The notes beneath the pieces are model-generated. The model did not search any database and was not told the origin of the DNA. It saw nothing but the letters and a program-made list of their open reading frames with translations. A program made the position numbers and the translations under genes. Shown here piece by piece: positions 20,596-32,048 of a stretch of 64,000 bases of DNA. Position 1 is the stretch's first letter, and each line of letters starts with the position of its first letter. The stretch comes from Caecitellus pseudoparvulus. Taxonomy: Eukaryota > Protista > Bigyra: Bicosoecida. Location: contig CBFFRQ010000016.1 of the NCBI GenBank assembly GCA_965644315.1, forward strand, positions 69,364-133,363, read 5' to 3'.

Positions 20596-22107
20596 ATGAG
20601 CGGGCAGGGTCATGCAGGGACGCTGGCAAGCAGTGGCCGAATGGTGCTGCAGCACTGGTCAGATGCCAGTGCAGGCCGGCCGCCCTCTGCGGGGCATGGG
20701 CAGGGGTTTGCGAGGCAAGCCAGTGCCCAGCCCAGCCACTTCCCAATCTCCGCAGGCGCACAAACCGCTACCTGGCAGCAGGGGGGCGCAGCTCCGGGAC
20801 ACTATAGCTCCACTTCGCCTCGCATGGCGCCTGGTGCATCCTTTGGCGTCCCTGCAGGGCCCATGGGCGAATACCACCCACCAGGCGGGGGAGGCATGCT
20901 GCCCTTGCCGCTGCCGGCCTCGCCGAGACACGGCGGGGACGACGCCGCAGCACAGCCTTGGCGCCCTCACTCATCTTTGAAGTATGGAGACGAGAGTGGC
21001 GCCACCTGGCGCCCAGCCACCCCTAGCCACGTCCCTGCCACGTCGCAAGGTGCAGGTGCGGTGTACGCCACAGGCGGCGGCAGTGGTGACTTCGGCGCCA
21101 CATCAAGCAGTGGTGGCAGCAGCTCCGCATACCCTGCCTACTCCAGTGCGCGGGGACCAGCTGTATCGGAGCGCTTCCTTAAGTTGGTGGACACAGTGTG
21201 CAACGACCTGCACCGTCTGGGCGTGCACGACGTCACCATTCCCATGTTTGAGCAGCACTTCGCACGCATGCGCAATGGGAAGAAGGTGGCCTACCGCAAA
21301 CTGGGCTACTCCTCCATGCAGCACTTGTTCTCGTCGCAGCCCAGCCGCTTCCTGGTGCGCCTGCTGCCCGACGGCAATGTCGGCATCCAAACCACTTCCT
21401 ACGCCGCCTACCAGGCCAAGGTCAGGGGGGGCACATCGCAAGCTGCCAGTGGGCACCCACACCAGCCCATGCACCCCAGCGCTGCCCCACAGCACTACGG
21501 TGGGCACTACCAAGCCCCCGCCGCGCCTGGGGGCGGTGGCGGTGCCGGCGGAGGAGGGGGTTACACCCCTCGAGCAGGGGGCGCGCCACCTGCCCAGCAC
21601 GGCACTGGCCTGCAGCAGCCCTTCGCGGGGGCCCGCAGCGCCCGTGGAGCAGAGATGCCTTTCCCTCGCTCGCCGACAGAGAGCCAGGCACCAGTGCCTG
21701 TGACGGTGGGGTTCGCACCCCCCCCTCCAGAGAGCGTCACGGCCTCCACGGCACACTCCACTGCCTCCTCCTCCGCAGCATCTCAGTTCCAGTCCCCTGG
21801 CAGTCACAGCGGGGCTCAGGGCGGTGGTGGCGGCGGCAGTGTCTCCTCCCAGCTGTCCGCCGCCACTGGCCTGGAGGGCTCCTCTTCCTACGCCGGGTAC
21901 AACGCCTGGCCCACCCCCAAAGGTGCCAGCAAGTCCACGACAGCGGGGGCAGGTGCCTCCAGCACCTGGACGACGGGGGTGGCGTCCGCCCCCGCCACCA
22001 TTTGGGGCGCTGCCGAGCGGGGGGGTGATCGCCCCCCCAGCGCATCCGGCGCGCCTGAGGAGATGGTGGATGCTCTCGTGGAGGAGGAGGAGGGGACGCA
22101 CAAGTGA
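20596..22107 (+). CDS. Low-complexity (G/S/P/Q/Y) protein with a single LOTUS/OST-HTH domain
   Basis: VTIPMFEQHFARMRNGKKVAYRKLGYSSMQHLFSSQPSRFLV matches the LOTUS pattern (LG[YF]xx..LxxxP). The flanks are disordered. Confidence 0.75.
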   Translation: MSGQGHAGTLASSGRMVLQHWSDASAGRPPSAGHGQGFARQASAQPSHFPISAGAQTATWQQGGAAPGHYSSTSPRMAPGASFGVPAGPMGEYHPPGGGGMLPLPLPASPRHGGDDAAAQPWRPHSSLKYGDESGATWRPATPSHVPATSQGAGAVYATGGGSGDFGATSSSGGSSSAYPAYSSARGPAVSERFLKLVDTVCNDLHRLGVHDVTIPMFEQHFARMRNGKKVAYRKLGYSSMQHLFSSQPSRFLVRLLPDGNVGIQTTSYAAYQAKVRGGTSQAASGHPHQPMHPSAAPQHYGGHYQAPAAPGGGGGAGGGGGYTPRAGGAPPAQHGTGLQQPFAGARSARGAEMPFPRSPTESQAPVPVTVGFAPPPPESVTASTAHSTASSSAASQFQSPGSHSGAQGGGGGGSVSSQLSAATGLEGSSSYAGYNAWPTPKGASKSTTAGAGASSTWTTGVASAPATIWGAAERGGDRPPSASGAPEEMVDALVEEEEGTHK

Positions 22108-22139
22108 CCCGTATGCTATACACATGAATCCTAAATACA

Positions 22140-23670
22140 TTATCGCTTCACGTCCACCCCTGCGGCAGAGATGGCGCACTGCATGCCTGAGGACACCAGC
22201 CCCACGCCGTACCAGTGCGCCGAGTCGCCACACGTGAAGGGGGAGGGCGGCGCCACCACCTCTGACTGCATCACGGAAGCCAGCGTCTTGCCCCCAAGGC
22301 TCACCGCACACAGGGGGCGGGAGGGACTGTCCACATGCCACACCAGCAGGTGTCCCGTGCTCGTGGGGGCCAGCACGTACCGGCTGTGGCCTGCCCCGCC
22401 TACCATGGCCGCTACCCGAGCTGGCGTGTCCAACGGCAGCCCGCCAGTGCCAAAGAGGGTCCACTGGGGGGGGGCTCTGGTGTTGCGCACCGTCACCCGT
22501 GCCAGTGTGGCGGTGGTGCCTCGGCGCGTGCCGCAGGACAGCACCACGATGCAGTCCGCTGACACGTTGGTGACACCCGGACCCCGCCAGGGCACACTGC
22601 GCAATGCAAGCACTATCGGGCGAGCCAAGTGGGGAAAGGGGATGTGAAGCCGTGTGCGGCGCCTGTTGGGCGGGCGGCCAGGCGGCGTGGCTGGTGAAAA
22701 CAGCCACAGAGCATCCTGATGAACAGCCAAGGCAGCCGCGGGCATGGAGTCCGACCACACCCTGGCGAGCACTTTCAATGACGCAGGCAAGGTGTACGTT
22801 GCACGGCCGGGCACATCCGGGAGCAAGAGGGGGGCCTGCCCGGACCCCTGGCGGCTCACGAGCTCCGTGCGCAGATCGCCCACCGTCGCGGAACGGGGTG
22901 TAACAAAGCTGAAGGACTGGTAGTACCGCCTTGCCCGCCCTCTGTTGGGGCAGTGGAACAGGTCGGGGCCATTCTGATCCTCGAATCTAAGCAGGCTCTT
23001 CAAGACTATAAGAAAAAAGCCAGGAACGTTCGCTCCTGGCAGTCTCAACGACAGCCAGCGCACAAACTCCGGCCCCACAACTTTCGTGCGGCCGATCCAC
23101 TGGCGATCGACAGACTGCAGTGGCTGTGATAGGGCCTGCGCGGCTCGCCGCACGGCTTGCAGCACGAGCATATTGGTCGCACGTTGCCACCAGTTGAGTC
23201 CCGTTGCAGGCTTGGAGGCAGTGCACGAACGGCAGCGACGGGACAGGTGCCGAGGCAGCACGCCTGTCCGACGGGACTGCAAAGCCATGAGCAGGTGGGG
23301 GAAGGCTTGTCCACTGGGCGAAGTGGAGGGGCCGAGAGCAGTGGCCACTGGTGTGGACGGCTCGTCGACTTCGCTGGGGGACCGAGCGACGTAGTCTGCC
23401 GGCATGTGCCGTCCCCTCACGGGGTCGAACACATAGCCAGGTAACGTGGACACTCGTCGCTGTGTATGAGTCGGACCGCCTGCCTCGGAGCCGGCGTCTC
23501 GAGCGCTGTGGCCTGCAAGGGGCCAGCGTTTCGAGCACGTTTCATGCCGCACTTTGAAGCGTATCCTCGCAGCAATGCAAGCCCAACACACGTGAACGTT
23601 GCGCCTCCAACGCAGCTTGGATGTCTGGGTTCATGCCCGCATGTCGACTTCGCTTTCTCCTCCTTGGCAT
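22140..23670 (-). CDS. Uncharacterised protein, possibly DCAF4/WDR21-like; intron 23513-23591
   Basis: Exon 1 (MPRRRKRSRH..., NLS-like) joins in phase. LPGYVFDPVRGRHM resembles the DCAF4 N-terminal LPG[FY]YYD..K.RYF motif. WD-like remnant GHLLVWHV near the C-terminus. Confidence 0.5.
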
Positions 23671-24023
23671 GCCGGCGCTGGGCGGAATAGGAGTGGAGAA
23701 CAATCACGCTCAATCGCATCCAGCTCGCGCACAGCCCGCTCGTCTGGGCTGGCGGTGTCTCGGGAAGTTCAGAGGCTTGAAATGGCCATCTTCCTTCCAT
23801 TGCACCCCTCGACTGGACCTTCTGCTGCCTCTGGATTGTGCCTTTGCGACTGGGTTGTCATGTTGGTGAACCAGGCAATCTTGCGAAGGGACTGCGGACC
23901 CCAAAAACCATACTGGCCACACTGCAGGGAGACACGCCCCTGTCGTTGTGACAGACCTGCAAGTTTTCCATCTGGGTTCCCGTGTGCCGCGCCTGCACAG
24001 GCTTCGAGATCGCCAGGCCGGCA

Positions 24024-24033
24024 GCGGAAATTG
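24024..24033 (-). promoter_or_regulatory. CAATTTCCGC upstream element
   Basis: Perfect copy in the divergent promoter between the DCAF4-like gene and MCM4. Confidence 0.6.
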
Positions 24034-24097
24034 ACGCTTGCGGCCACGCCACGCCAGACCTCCATTTCGGGCTGGGCAGCGACCTGAGGATCAAACC

Positions 24098-27000
24098 ATG
24101 GCATCCAGCGAGCGGGACGGTGTGCCATCTGGCTCTTCTGAGCGGGACGGCATGGCAGGGCGCTCATCCATGCGCGACACAGCAGGCCGAGTGGGCTCAG
24201 CGTCCATCGGCTCAGCTCGTGACGCTTCCGAACGTGGCACCCCCATCGTGGGCCGCAGAGCGTGCGTACTTGCACAGGGTGTGGCTAAGCTTGTATGCTC
24301 TCTTGCATGTTCCTTCGCCCGCTCGCACACCCTTGCGCAGAGGCGGCAGCAGCAGCTTTCGGGGAGACATTGGCAGCTCCAGTGCCGCACTCCGAGCACA
24401 GGCTGGCAGTCCCCGCGTCCCAGCGTGAGTGACGTGCAGCCACAGGCAAAAGGGGCTCTTTTCTGTCATAGTTCTTGTCAGAAACTGTGTCCTGGGTGGA
24501 AACGCGGCTGCACAAGGCGCTGCATGGCGCCTTGTGTGTCGGTGGCGTGTTCACTCAAACACCATGCCCGCGCGCTGACACACGCGACACACAGCAAGCT
24601 TCGCACCGCCCCCACCCGCCCGGCCCGCACGCCCCCCATCACAGCAACATGTCACCCATGGGCATGTCCACTCCCGGCTCCTTGAGGTCGCTCAGCAGTG
24701 CTCGCCCTCGCGGCTCAGTGCGCACCGCCGGCACGCCTGGCTCAGTGGCCGCATCCAGCGCCCTGCGCGGGCTGTCCACCGGCATGACCTCGGAGACGAA
24801 CCAGGAGACGGTGATTTGGGGCACCACCCTGAATGTGACCCACGCCATGAGCACCTTCCGTGGCTTCTTGCGCTTCTTCAAGGCGCCATCTGGCGGCGCT
24901 GGCGACAACGGAGCAGCTGCCGCTGCCCGTGAAGCGGCGCTGCAGGCGCGTGTGCAGGCCATGCGAGCAGAGGGCGGTGGGGGCGCCACAGAGTCCCAAC
25001 TGGAGGAGGCGGTGGCGGGGCGCCCTGTCGCTGACGGGCACTACATGTCTGTGCTGCGGGAGATGCGGCTGACAGAGGCGTACCACTTGAACGTGAATTG
25101 TGCTGACCTGGCGCACTTCAACGAGGACTGCGCGGCCCTGTACGAGCAGCTGGTGAAGTACCCCACTGACGTCATCGTCATCATGGACCTGGTGGCCAAC
25201 GAGCAGCTGAACTTGCTGCTGGGGCCGGACGGCGGCGACACCCCTGCAGTGGAGGTGCGCCTGCACAACCTGCGGGAGGTGAAGCTCATGCGTGACCTGG
25301 ACCCCGTGGACATCGACACCCTGGTGGCCATCACGGGCATGGTCATCCGCACCAGCGCCGTCATCCCCGACCTGCGCTCGGGGTACTTCCTCTGCAGCAA
25401 CTGCGAGTGGGAGGAGACGGTGCAGGTGGACAAGGGGCGCATCGAGGAGCCCACCGTCTGCCGCAACTGCCAGGCCAAGAACTCCTTCCGCATGGTGCAC
25501 AACCGGTGCGTGTTCAAGGACAAGCAGCTCATCAAGCTGCAGGAGACACCGGAGAGCATCCCCGAGGGCGAGACCCCCCACACGGTGGTGCTGTATGCCC
25601 ACGAGCACCTCGTGGACACGGTGGTGCCGGGCGACAGGGTGCAGGTGACAGGCGTGTTTCGGGCCCTGGGGCACCGCACCAACCCCCGCATGCGCACCCT
25701 GCGGTCTGTGTACAAGAGCTACGTGGACGTCGTGCACTTCGCCAAATCCTCCAAGGGGCGAGTCGCAGCGGAGGACGAGACGGTGCAGAGTGGCGAGTAC
25801 GCCGCCCTGGTGTCTGAGGGTGCCATCACAGAGGAGGAGTATGCGGCACGGGAGGCGCGTGTGCGGGCCATGGCCGCGACGCCGGAGCTGTACAACAAGC
25901 TGGCGCGCAGCCTGGCGCCGTCCATCTGGGAGCTGGATGATGTGAAGAAGGGGGTGCTGCTGCAGCTGTTCGGGGGGTCCACAAAGGACCTGGGCCGCCA
26001 GGGCCGCTTCCGAGGCGAGTTGAATGTCCTGCTGTGCGGTGACCCAGGCGTGTCCAAGTCCCAACTGCTGTCGTACGTGCACAAGATCGCGCCGCGAGGC
26101 ATTTACACGTCAGGCAAGGGCTCCTCCGCTGTGGGGCTGACTGCGTACGTGACAAAGGACCCTGAAACCAAGGCGCCCGTGCTGGAGTCTGGCGCGCTGG
26201 TGCTGTCTGACCGGGGCGTCTGCTGCATCGACGAGTTCGACAAGATGTCCGACTCCACCCGCTCCATCCTGCACGAGGTCATGGAGCAGCAGACCGTGTC
26301 CATCGCCAAGGCGGGCATCATCTGCACCCTGAACGCGCGCACGTCCATCCTGGCAGCCGCCAACCCCGTGGAGTCCCGGTACAACCCCAAGCTGAGCGTG
26401 GTGGAGAACATCCAACTGCCGCCCACCCTGCTGTCCCGCTTCGACCTCATCTACCTCATGCTAGACAAGGTGGACAAGGCAGCAGACGCGACGCTGGCGG
26501 CGCACTTGGTGGCGCTGTACTACAAGCCCGAGCACCGTGCGGCGCAGAGCTCCCCCTTCACCCTGCAGCAGATGACGGAGTTCGTGTCGTGGGCTCGGTC
26601 CCACGTGAACCCCACCATCTCCGGCCCAGCCAGCCGGCGCCTGGTGGAGGGGTACCTGGCCATGCGGCGCCTGGGGGCGCAGGGCGGCGGGAAGAAGGTC
26701 ATCACTGCCACGCCCCGGCAGCTGGAGAGCCTCATCCGCCTGTCCGAGGCGCACGCCAAGCTGCATCTGCGGTCGGAGGTGCTGGCTGAGGACGTGGAGG
26801 AGGCACTGCGCCTCATCAACACAGCGACGCAGAAGGCGGCGACGGACCCCGTGACGGGGCAAATCGACATGGACGCCATTGCGACGGGGCACACGGCCAG
26901 TGCACGGGTGGCCGTGAGCCAGCTGAAGGAAGCCGTCATGGACTCCGTGCTGGGGCTGGGGTCAGGCGCCAAGCTCTCCTTCAACGAGCTGGTCAAGCGG

Positions 27001-27117
27001 CTGGCACAGGGCACAGACATGGCCATTGACGAGGGCGACTTGAAGGCTGCCGTGGGCGAGCTGGCAAAGGAAGGCACCATTCGGTACAACAGCCGGACAC
27101 GCGTGCTGACGGTGTGA
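24098..27117 (+). CDS. MCM4: DNA replication licensing factor MCM4; introns 24262-24340 and 24425-24644
   Basis: VIWGT, C4 zinc finger, LIKLQETPESIPEGETPHTV, GDPGVSKSQ, YTSGKGSSAVGLTAYV, IDEFDKM, SRFD, ATPRQLES. The N-terminal RGDIG motif is recovered by the two upstream exons. Confidence 0.97.
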
Positions 27118-27149
27118 GGGGGGGAGGGCGTGCACAGCACCCCAATGCA

Positions 27150-28463
27150 TTACTGCTGCTTGGAAGAGGGGCCGCCGGCCACCTTGGGCGCAGCCGCCTT
27201 TGCAGCCCACACAGCGGCGCCCGCCACCCCCACCACGACGACAGCGCCGGCTAGCCACCAGCCAGGGTGAACGAAGCCCCCCACAGAGGCCGCCTCCACA
27301 TGCAGGGCTGTGTCGTTGGCAGCGTTGGCGTCCCAGGCTGCCTTGGCTGCCTCGGTGTCCAGTCGCTTCAGGCGCAAGGCAAAGGTGCGGATGGGGGTCA
27401 GGTTCAGAGACCCCACCGCCAGGGAGAAGGAGAGGCTGTCCCCCAGCGGAGGGGGGGTCGCACCCCCCTCCGGCTCCAGCCCAGCGGCCACAGCGTCTGA
27501 CCCACGGCACCCCTGCCGGCAGGCCCGCCCCCAGTCCCCAGCAGGCAGCAAGGCCACACTGGACATCTGCACTGGGGCGCCCCTGTACACTCGCAGACAC
27601 TCCATGGTGGCACCGTCCCACACGGCCCAGTTCTTGTTGTAGCTGGAGGTGGCGAAGAGGCCTGCCTCGGCATCCAACAGGGCGATGCAGGTACAGCGGC
27701 CAGCAGGGTGTGCGGGGGCACCTGTACAGGAGCCGTCAGCCAAGGACCACCGGCGCACGGTGGCGTCAGCGGCCACTGACACAATGGCGTGTTCGGAGGG
27801 CAGGTGCGCCAGGCCAGTCACCCACACGGGGTGAGCGGACGGCAGGGTACGGAGCAGGGCCCCACTGCGCGCATTCCAGATGCAGATGCTGCCTTCCGTG
27901 TCGCCACTGGCCACCGTGCCGGCTGGTCCATCCACCAGCACGCCACAGTACACTCCCGCACTGTGCCCCTCAAACACCGCCTGCACCGTCCACGACGTGA
28001 CATCCCACACGATGCACTTGGAGTCGTTGCCGATGGACACCAGGGACCAGCCACTGTTGGGCCCTCCTGCGGCGCCTGGGGCGGGGGGCGTGGCTGGCGG
28101 CACCAGCACCAGCCAGTGCACCTTGCGCGTGTGCTGCGTCAGCGTGTGCAAGCGCTGGCCGCTGGACAGGCTCACGACCGACATGGTCTTGTCGGAAGAT
28201 GCCACCACAACTGTGTCGCCGTCGGGCAGCACTCTGACGCAGTTGATGACCGCGCGGTGCTTCGGGCTGGCTACTTTCACCGCTTCGCCGGCGGCGTCCC
28301 AGGCTCCCAGCGTGCCGCTTTCAGCACCAGCCACGATGCCGCCGCTCTGGGTGCTGCTGACGTTCACCCACGCCTCCTTCACATGTGCAGACAACTGCTT
28401 CTCCTCCTCCATGCTCTCCACGCGCCAGTCAGAGCGCAGGGGCTTCACGGCACTGGCTCCCAT
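27150..28463 (-). CDS. WD40-repeat protein with C-terminal hydrophobic (tail-anchor-like) segment
   Basis: Repeated H...WD/WN units (EGHSAGVYC...GSICIWNA) and a C-terminal WWLAGAVVVVGVAGAAVW segment. Confidence 0.85.
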   Translation of the reverse strand: MGASAVKPLRSDWRVESMEEEKQLSAHVKEAWVNVSSTQSGGIVAGAESGTLGAWDAAGEAVKVASPKHRAVINCVRVLPDGDTVVVASSDKTMSVVSLSSGQRLHTLTQHTRKVHWLVLVPPATPPAPGAAGGPNSGWSLVSIGNDSKCIVWDVTSWTVQAVFEGHSAGVYCGVLVDGPAGTVASGDTEGSICIWNARSGALLRTLPSAHPVWVTGLAHLPSEHAIVSVAADATVRRWSLADGSCTGAPAHPAGRCTCIALLDAEAGLFATSSYNKNWAVWDGATMECLRVYRGAPVQMSSVALLPAGDWGRACRQGCRGSDAVAAGLEPEGGATPPPLGDSLSFSLAVGSLNLTPIRTFALRLKRLDTEAAKAAWDANAANDTALHVEAASVGGFVHPGWWLAGAVVVVGVAGAAVWAAKAAAPKVAGGPSSKQQ

Positions 28464-28479
28464 GTTGGCTGGATCTCAC

Positions 28480-28489
28480 CAATTTCCGC
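28480..28489 (+). promoter_or_regulatory. CAATTTCCGC upstream element
   Basis: Perfect copy 16 nt upstream of the WD40 ATG, in reverse orientation to the gene. Confidence 0.6.
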
Positions 28490-28615
28490 ACCACGGCACG
28501 CGCTGGGGAGTGCCACAGGCTCACTGCCTGAAGCTGAAGGGCGCGAAACATCCAGAGGAGCTCATGTATTGTGTGGGTTTCCTTGGGCTGGAGTTTTTAT
28601 ACCCTCGCCCCCAGT

Positions 28616-30143
28616 TCACTGCAGTCGCTTGAAGAGGGGGGCTGGCGAGGATGAGGCTGCTGCTGCAGCTTGTGCAGCCGCGCTGGCCGGCTCCTCCTGC
28701 GCATTGGCAGGCTTCTTGCCCGCGTCAGGTCCGTCAATGCCCGCTCCGTTCTGGCCCTTGGTGATGACCTCCACGCCACGTGCCGCGGCGGCCGCCTCCA
28801 CAGCCTGAGTGCCAGCCTCTGTCAGCACGTTGGCTGACAAGTCCAGCGTGCTGAGGGCGGGGAGGGGCGCGCCCTCCAGCAGAGACGCCACCAGGCCCTG
28901 CACGCCGGTATCTGTCAGGCCGTTGCCCCCCAGGTCCAACAGCTGCAGGCACTGGGCGGCGTGGGGCGTGGCCAGCACACCGGCCACCAAGGCTGCAGCG
29001 CCGTCATCTCCTACCAAGGAGCCAAAGACAGACAGTTGTGCCACGTGAAGGGTGGGGGGCGTTTCGCCATGTCCAGAGCCAGATACGGCTGCTGCCAGGG
29101 CGGTGCTGCCATGGGGCCCCAGCACGCACCCCTTCAAATCCAACATGGCCAGGTGTGCCGCATGCCCAGCTGGGGCCCAAGCCGCCAAGTGTCTCCACTC
29201 GTCTTCATCTGTGTCCTCCGCGATGCACCACTGTGCCTCACAGTGCCCCCTGCCGTCGGCGTGTGGGCCACCTGCTGCGCGCACTGCTGCTGCAACGCCA
29301 CGCGGCCCGAGCGGGTTGCGGTTCACCTGCAGGTGCAGTGTGGACGCACCCCGGGCATCAGCTAGAGCAGAGACTTCTGCGGGGCCAATTTCCGTCGAAT
29401 TCAATGCAATGTGCTGCAAGGTGGGCGCCGCTGCCAGCGCTGCGAGGGCTGCTTGCGTTGCTGCGCTGCTGCCCAGCGCGTTTCGACTCAAGTCGATGCT
29501 GCGGAGCGCAGGCGCACCCGCACCCACACCCTCCGCAATGGCCTGCACTGACGACGCTGCAAGCCCACACTCTGCAAGGTGCACGGTGTGTAAGGACGTT
29601 GAGGCAGCCAGGGCCTTCGCAAGTGCCTGCCCATCTTCCCATGCGTTCCTGCCCAGGCGCAGGGTGGCCAGGGTGGGCGTGGCGGCCAGGGCCGCCGCCA
29701 GGTCGGGCAGGCATGCCCCAGTGAGGCCTTTGTTCTCCAGGTCCAGCTCTGCCAGGGTAGGGTGCCCGCTCACGGCCTTGAGCAGCGTGCTGGCGCCCGT
29801 GTCGCCCAGCGAGTCCGTGCCGATGCAGACCTTTCTGAGGGTTGTGTTTGCCTGGATGCCGGAGGCTGCGGGGAGGGTTGGCAGTGGATGTGCACACGCC
29901 TCACTGTCCGCCGGGCTGTCGGCCTCTCTCACCCAAGGACGCCAACGCGGCGGGGGACAGCGAGTGTCCTGAAGCGTAGAACTCCCCGAGCCGCTGAGTG
30001 GCGGCCAGGGCAGCCCCCAGTGCCGCTGCCCCCGCATCGTCAACCTTCCGGAAAGGGAGGATGTACACGGCATCAGATTCGCTGTCTTGAATCTTGTCGA
30101 CGAGGTCTTGGCAGCTGGCTGCTCCGCTGCGGCCCCAGGCCAT
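28616..30143 (-). CDS. RNI-like leucine-rich-repeat protein; intron 29866-29932
   Basis: LxxLxLxxNxLxDxG repeats (LAELDLENKGL, LQLLDLGGNGLTDTG). Exon 1 from ATG 30143 joins in phase. Confidence 0.85.
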
Positions 30144-30146
30144 GCT

Positions 30147-30156
30147 GCGGAAATTG
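30147..30156 (-). promoter_or_regulatory. CAATTTCCGC upstream element
   Basis: Reads CAATTTCCGC-AGC-ATG at the LRR gene start. Confidence 0.65.
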
Positions 30157-30290
30157 CTTCACTGTGTTCACCAAGACCACGTCAAAGCGCACCTTGCGGG
30201 TCAGGCGGATGCAAATCGCGACCATGGACTGCGAGCAAGCGCTAGTGAATTCGGGTGTCAGTTTTGTCAAACAGCTGCCACCTCCCACCG

Positions 30291-31223
30291 TCACTTCCTG
30301 GCCGCACTGTCTTCGTAGGAGGGCACCATGGTGCCAGCAACACCCCCCATGAGGCAGAAGAGGCCGAAGCGCGCCACGCCACCCAGCCCACTCTTGCGCA
30401 GCATGTTCACAGACACAGCACTTGCAGCCAGAGTCCCCGCGGCGATCTGAGTCGCCAGCAGGGGGGGGTAGTACCTCTGCACCTCCAGCTCCGGGTCAGC
30501 CTGTGCTGGCTTGCCGCCCACTTCCCCGCCACGCAAATCCGGCATGGTGAAGCCATCCAAAGCAGCCACCTGCGGCGTGTGCACACTTCCGTCACTCCAG
30601 CGCACGTCTTGTGCTTGGGGGGGCAGCCCCACATCCCCCTGCACGTCCACAGGCGCCGGGGCGTCTGCCTCTGCAGCTGCAACAGGTGGCACCACCAGCG
30701 GCTGCAAGCCCAGCACTGAGTGCATGACAGGCCTCAAACCAAATTCTAGCCCTGTGGCAGGGCGGCAGGGCGCCTGGTGTGCTGCGAGCTGGCTCGACCG
30801 AAATGCGCGGACAAGCCACTCACCGTAGAAGGCAGCTGAGCCGACTGCAATGGGCAGCCACGTGAGCATCCCCACCCGCATGCCTCCACGAATCAGTGCA
30901 ATCTCTGAAAGCTCCTTCCTGCAACGCGGATGAGACGGGGCTGCTGTGGCGGCACTTTGACTGGCAAGTGCGGAACTTGGGCCTGCGCACCTCGCCGGGC
31001 TCTGCATGAGCTGCATGAACTGGTACATGGTGAGGAAAGGGTACAGCGGCAGGGCCAACTTGAAGCCGTAATAGGCACGGTACATGATGGTGTCCTCTGA
31101 GAAGCCCATGTCCTGCATGTCAGGCAGCCAGGTGCCAAGGGCTGGGTGGCCCACCACAAGAGGCTGCCGTGCAGGCACCCGGCTCAGGGCTGGGCTGCCC
31201 TGCCGCGCTGGAGGGGCAGCCAT
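30291..31223 (-). CDS. Small multi-pass membrane protein (weakly Tim17/22/23-like); two 72-bp in-frame introns, 30919-30990 and 30752-30823
   Basis: Gly/Ala-rich hydrophobic segments (AVGSAAFYG, IAAGTLAASAV, CLMGGVAG). Canonical splice sites are embedded in the open frame. Confidence 0.55.
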   Translation of the reverse strand: MAAPPARQGSPALSRVPARQPLVVGHPALGTWLPDMQDMGFSEDTIMYRAYYGFKLALPLYPFLTMYQFMQLMQSPARCAGPSSALASQSAATAAPSHPRCRKELSEIALIRGGMRVGMLTWLPIAVGSAAFYGEWLVRAFRSSQLAAHQAPCRPATGLEFGLRPVMHSVLGLQPLVVPPVAAAEADAPAPVDVQGDVGLPPQAQDVRWSDGSVHTPQVAALDGFTMPDLRGGEVGGKPAQADPELEVQRYYPPLLATQIAAGTLAASAVSVNMLRKSGLGGVARFGLFCLMGGVAGTMVPSYEDSAARK

Positions 31224-32048
31224 GGTGCTGGAGGTGTCGTGGCTAGGAGGGCAGACCTTAGCCTTGCTGGCGCCGCGTGCTGCTGCGACAGCCTGGCCCC
31301 ACGTGCAGCTAGTGACTTGTGGTGTATGCCGCTGCCCCTCTGCCTTGCGCGAGAAGAGCAGGCAGTTCAACAAGCGCGTGCCCACCGGATCTAAGCCGAA
31401 CTTCAGGCGTGGGGTAAAGAGGGGAGCGTGTGGAGTTTGGCCCAGGGCTGAGATTGCGGTGTGAGGAGGGAAGGGATGAGGGGGTCCTGTTGCGGATGAC
31501 GGGGAGCAGCGGAGCTCACGAGTGGAGCCGCTCATCAAGCATGGCTCCTCTGGTGCCACTGGGCGCCTTGTCTGGGCCACGTCTGGCTTGCAGGCCAGTG
31601 GCTGAGTCTGCCCCGGCGTGAGTGTAGATTGCCGAGCAGCCGCAGGGCGCCAATCATGTCGCACCACCAGTCGACAAGCGCCCTGCACTGAAAAAGTGGT
31701 TTGGTTGTGTTCTCAAGAGGTGTTCCTGATGCTGATTTTTGCGTGCTGTACAAGAGCGACATGCGTGGGTGGCGTGGAAGCGAGGCAACGGAGAATGTGG
31801 GGGGGGGGGGCTCGGCTCGGCGAAACGCCCTTGCTCGCGCGATCCGCACACTCCGACACAGCCCACAAAATACCTCGAATCCACACACGTCATTTACCCT
31901 ACTACCCTCCCACCCACACGTTTTCGCCTGCAAAAGCCCCTGTACCCGCAGACAGGCGAGCAGCGGCTTGCGCGGACGCTTCGCTGCTTCTTCCGCGAAA
32001 GGCGGCTGCAGTTGTACCCACCTCGCACAGCACCTGCCTTGAAGCGCC

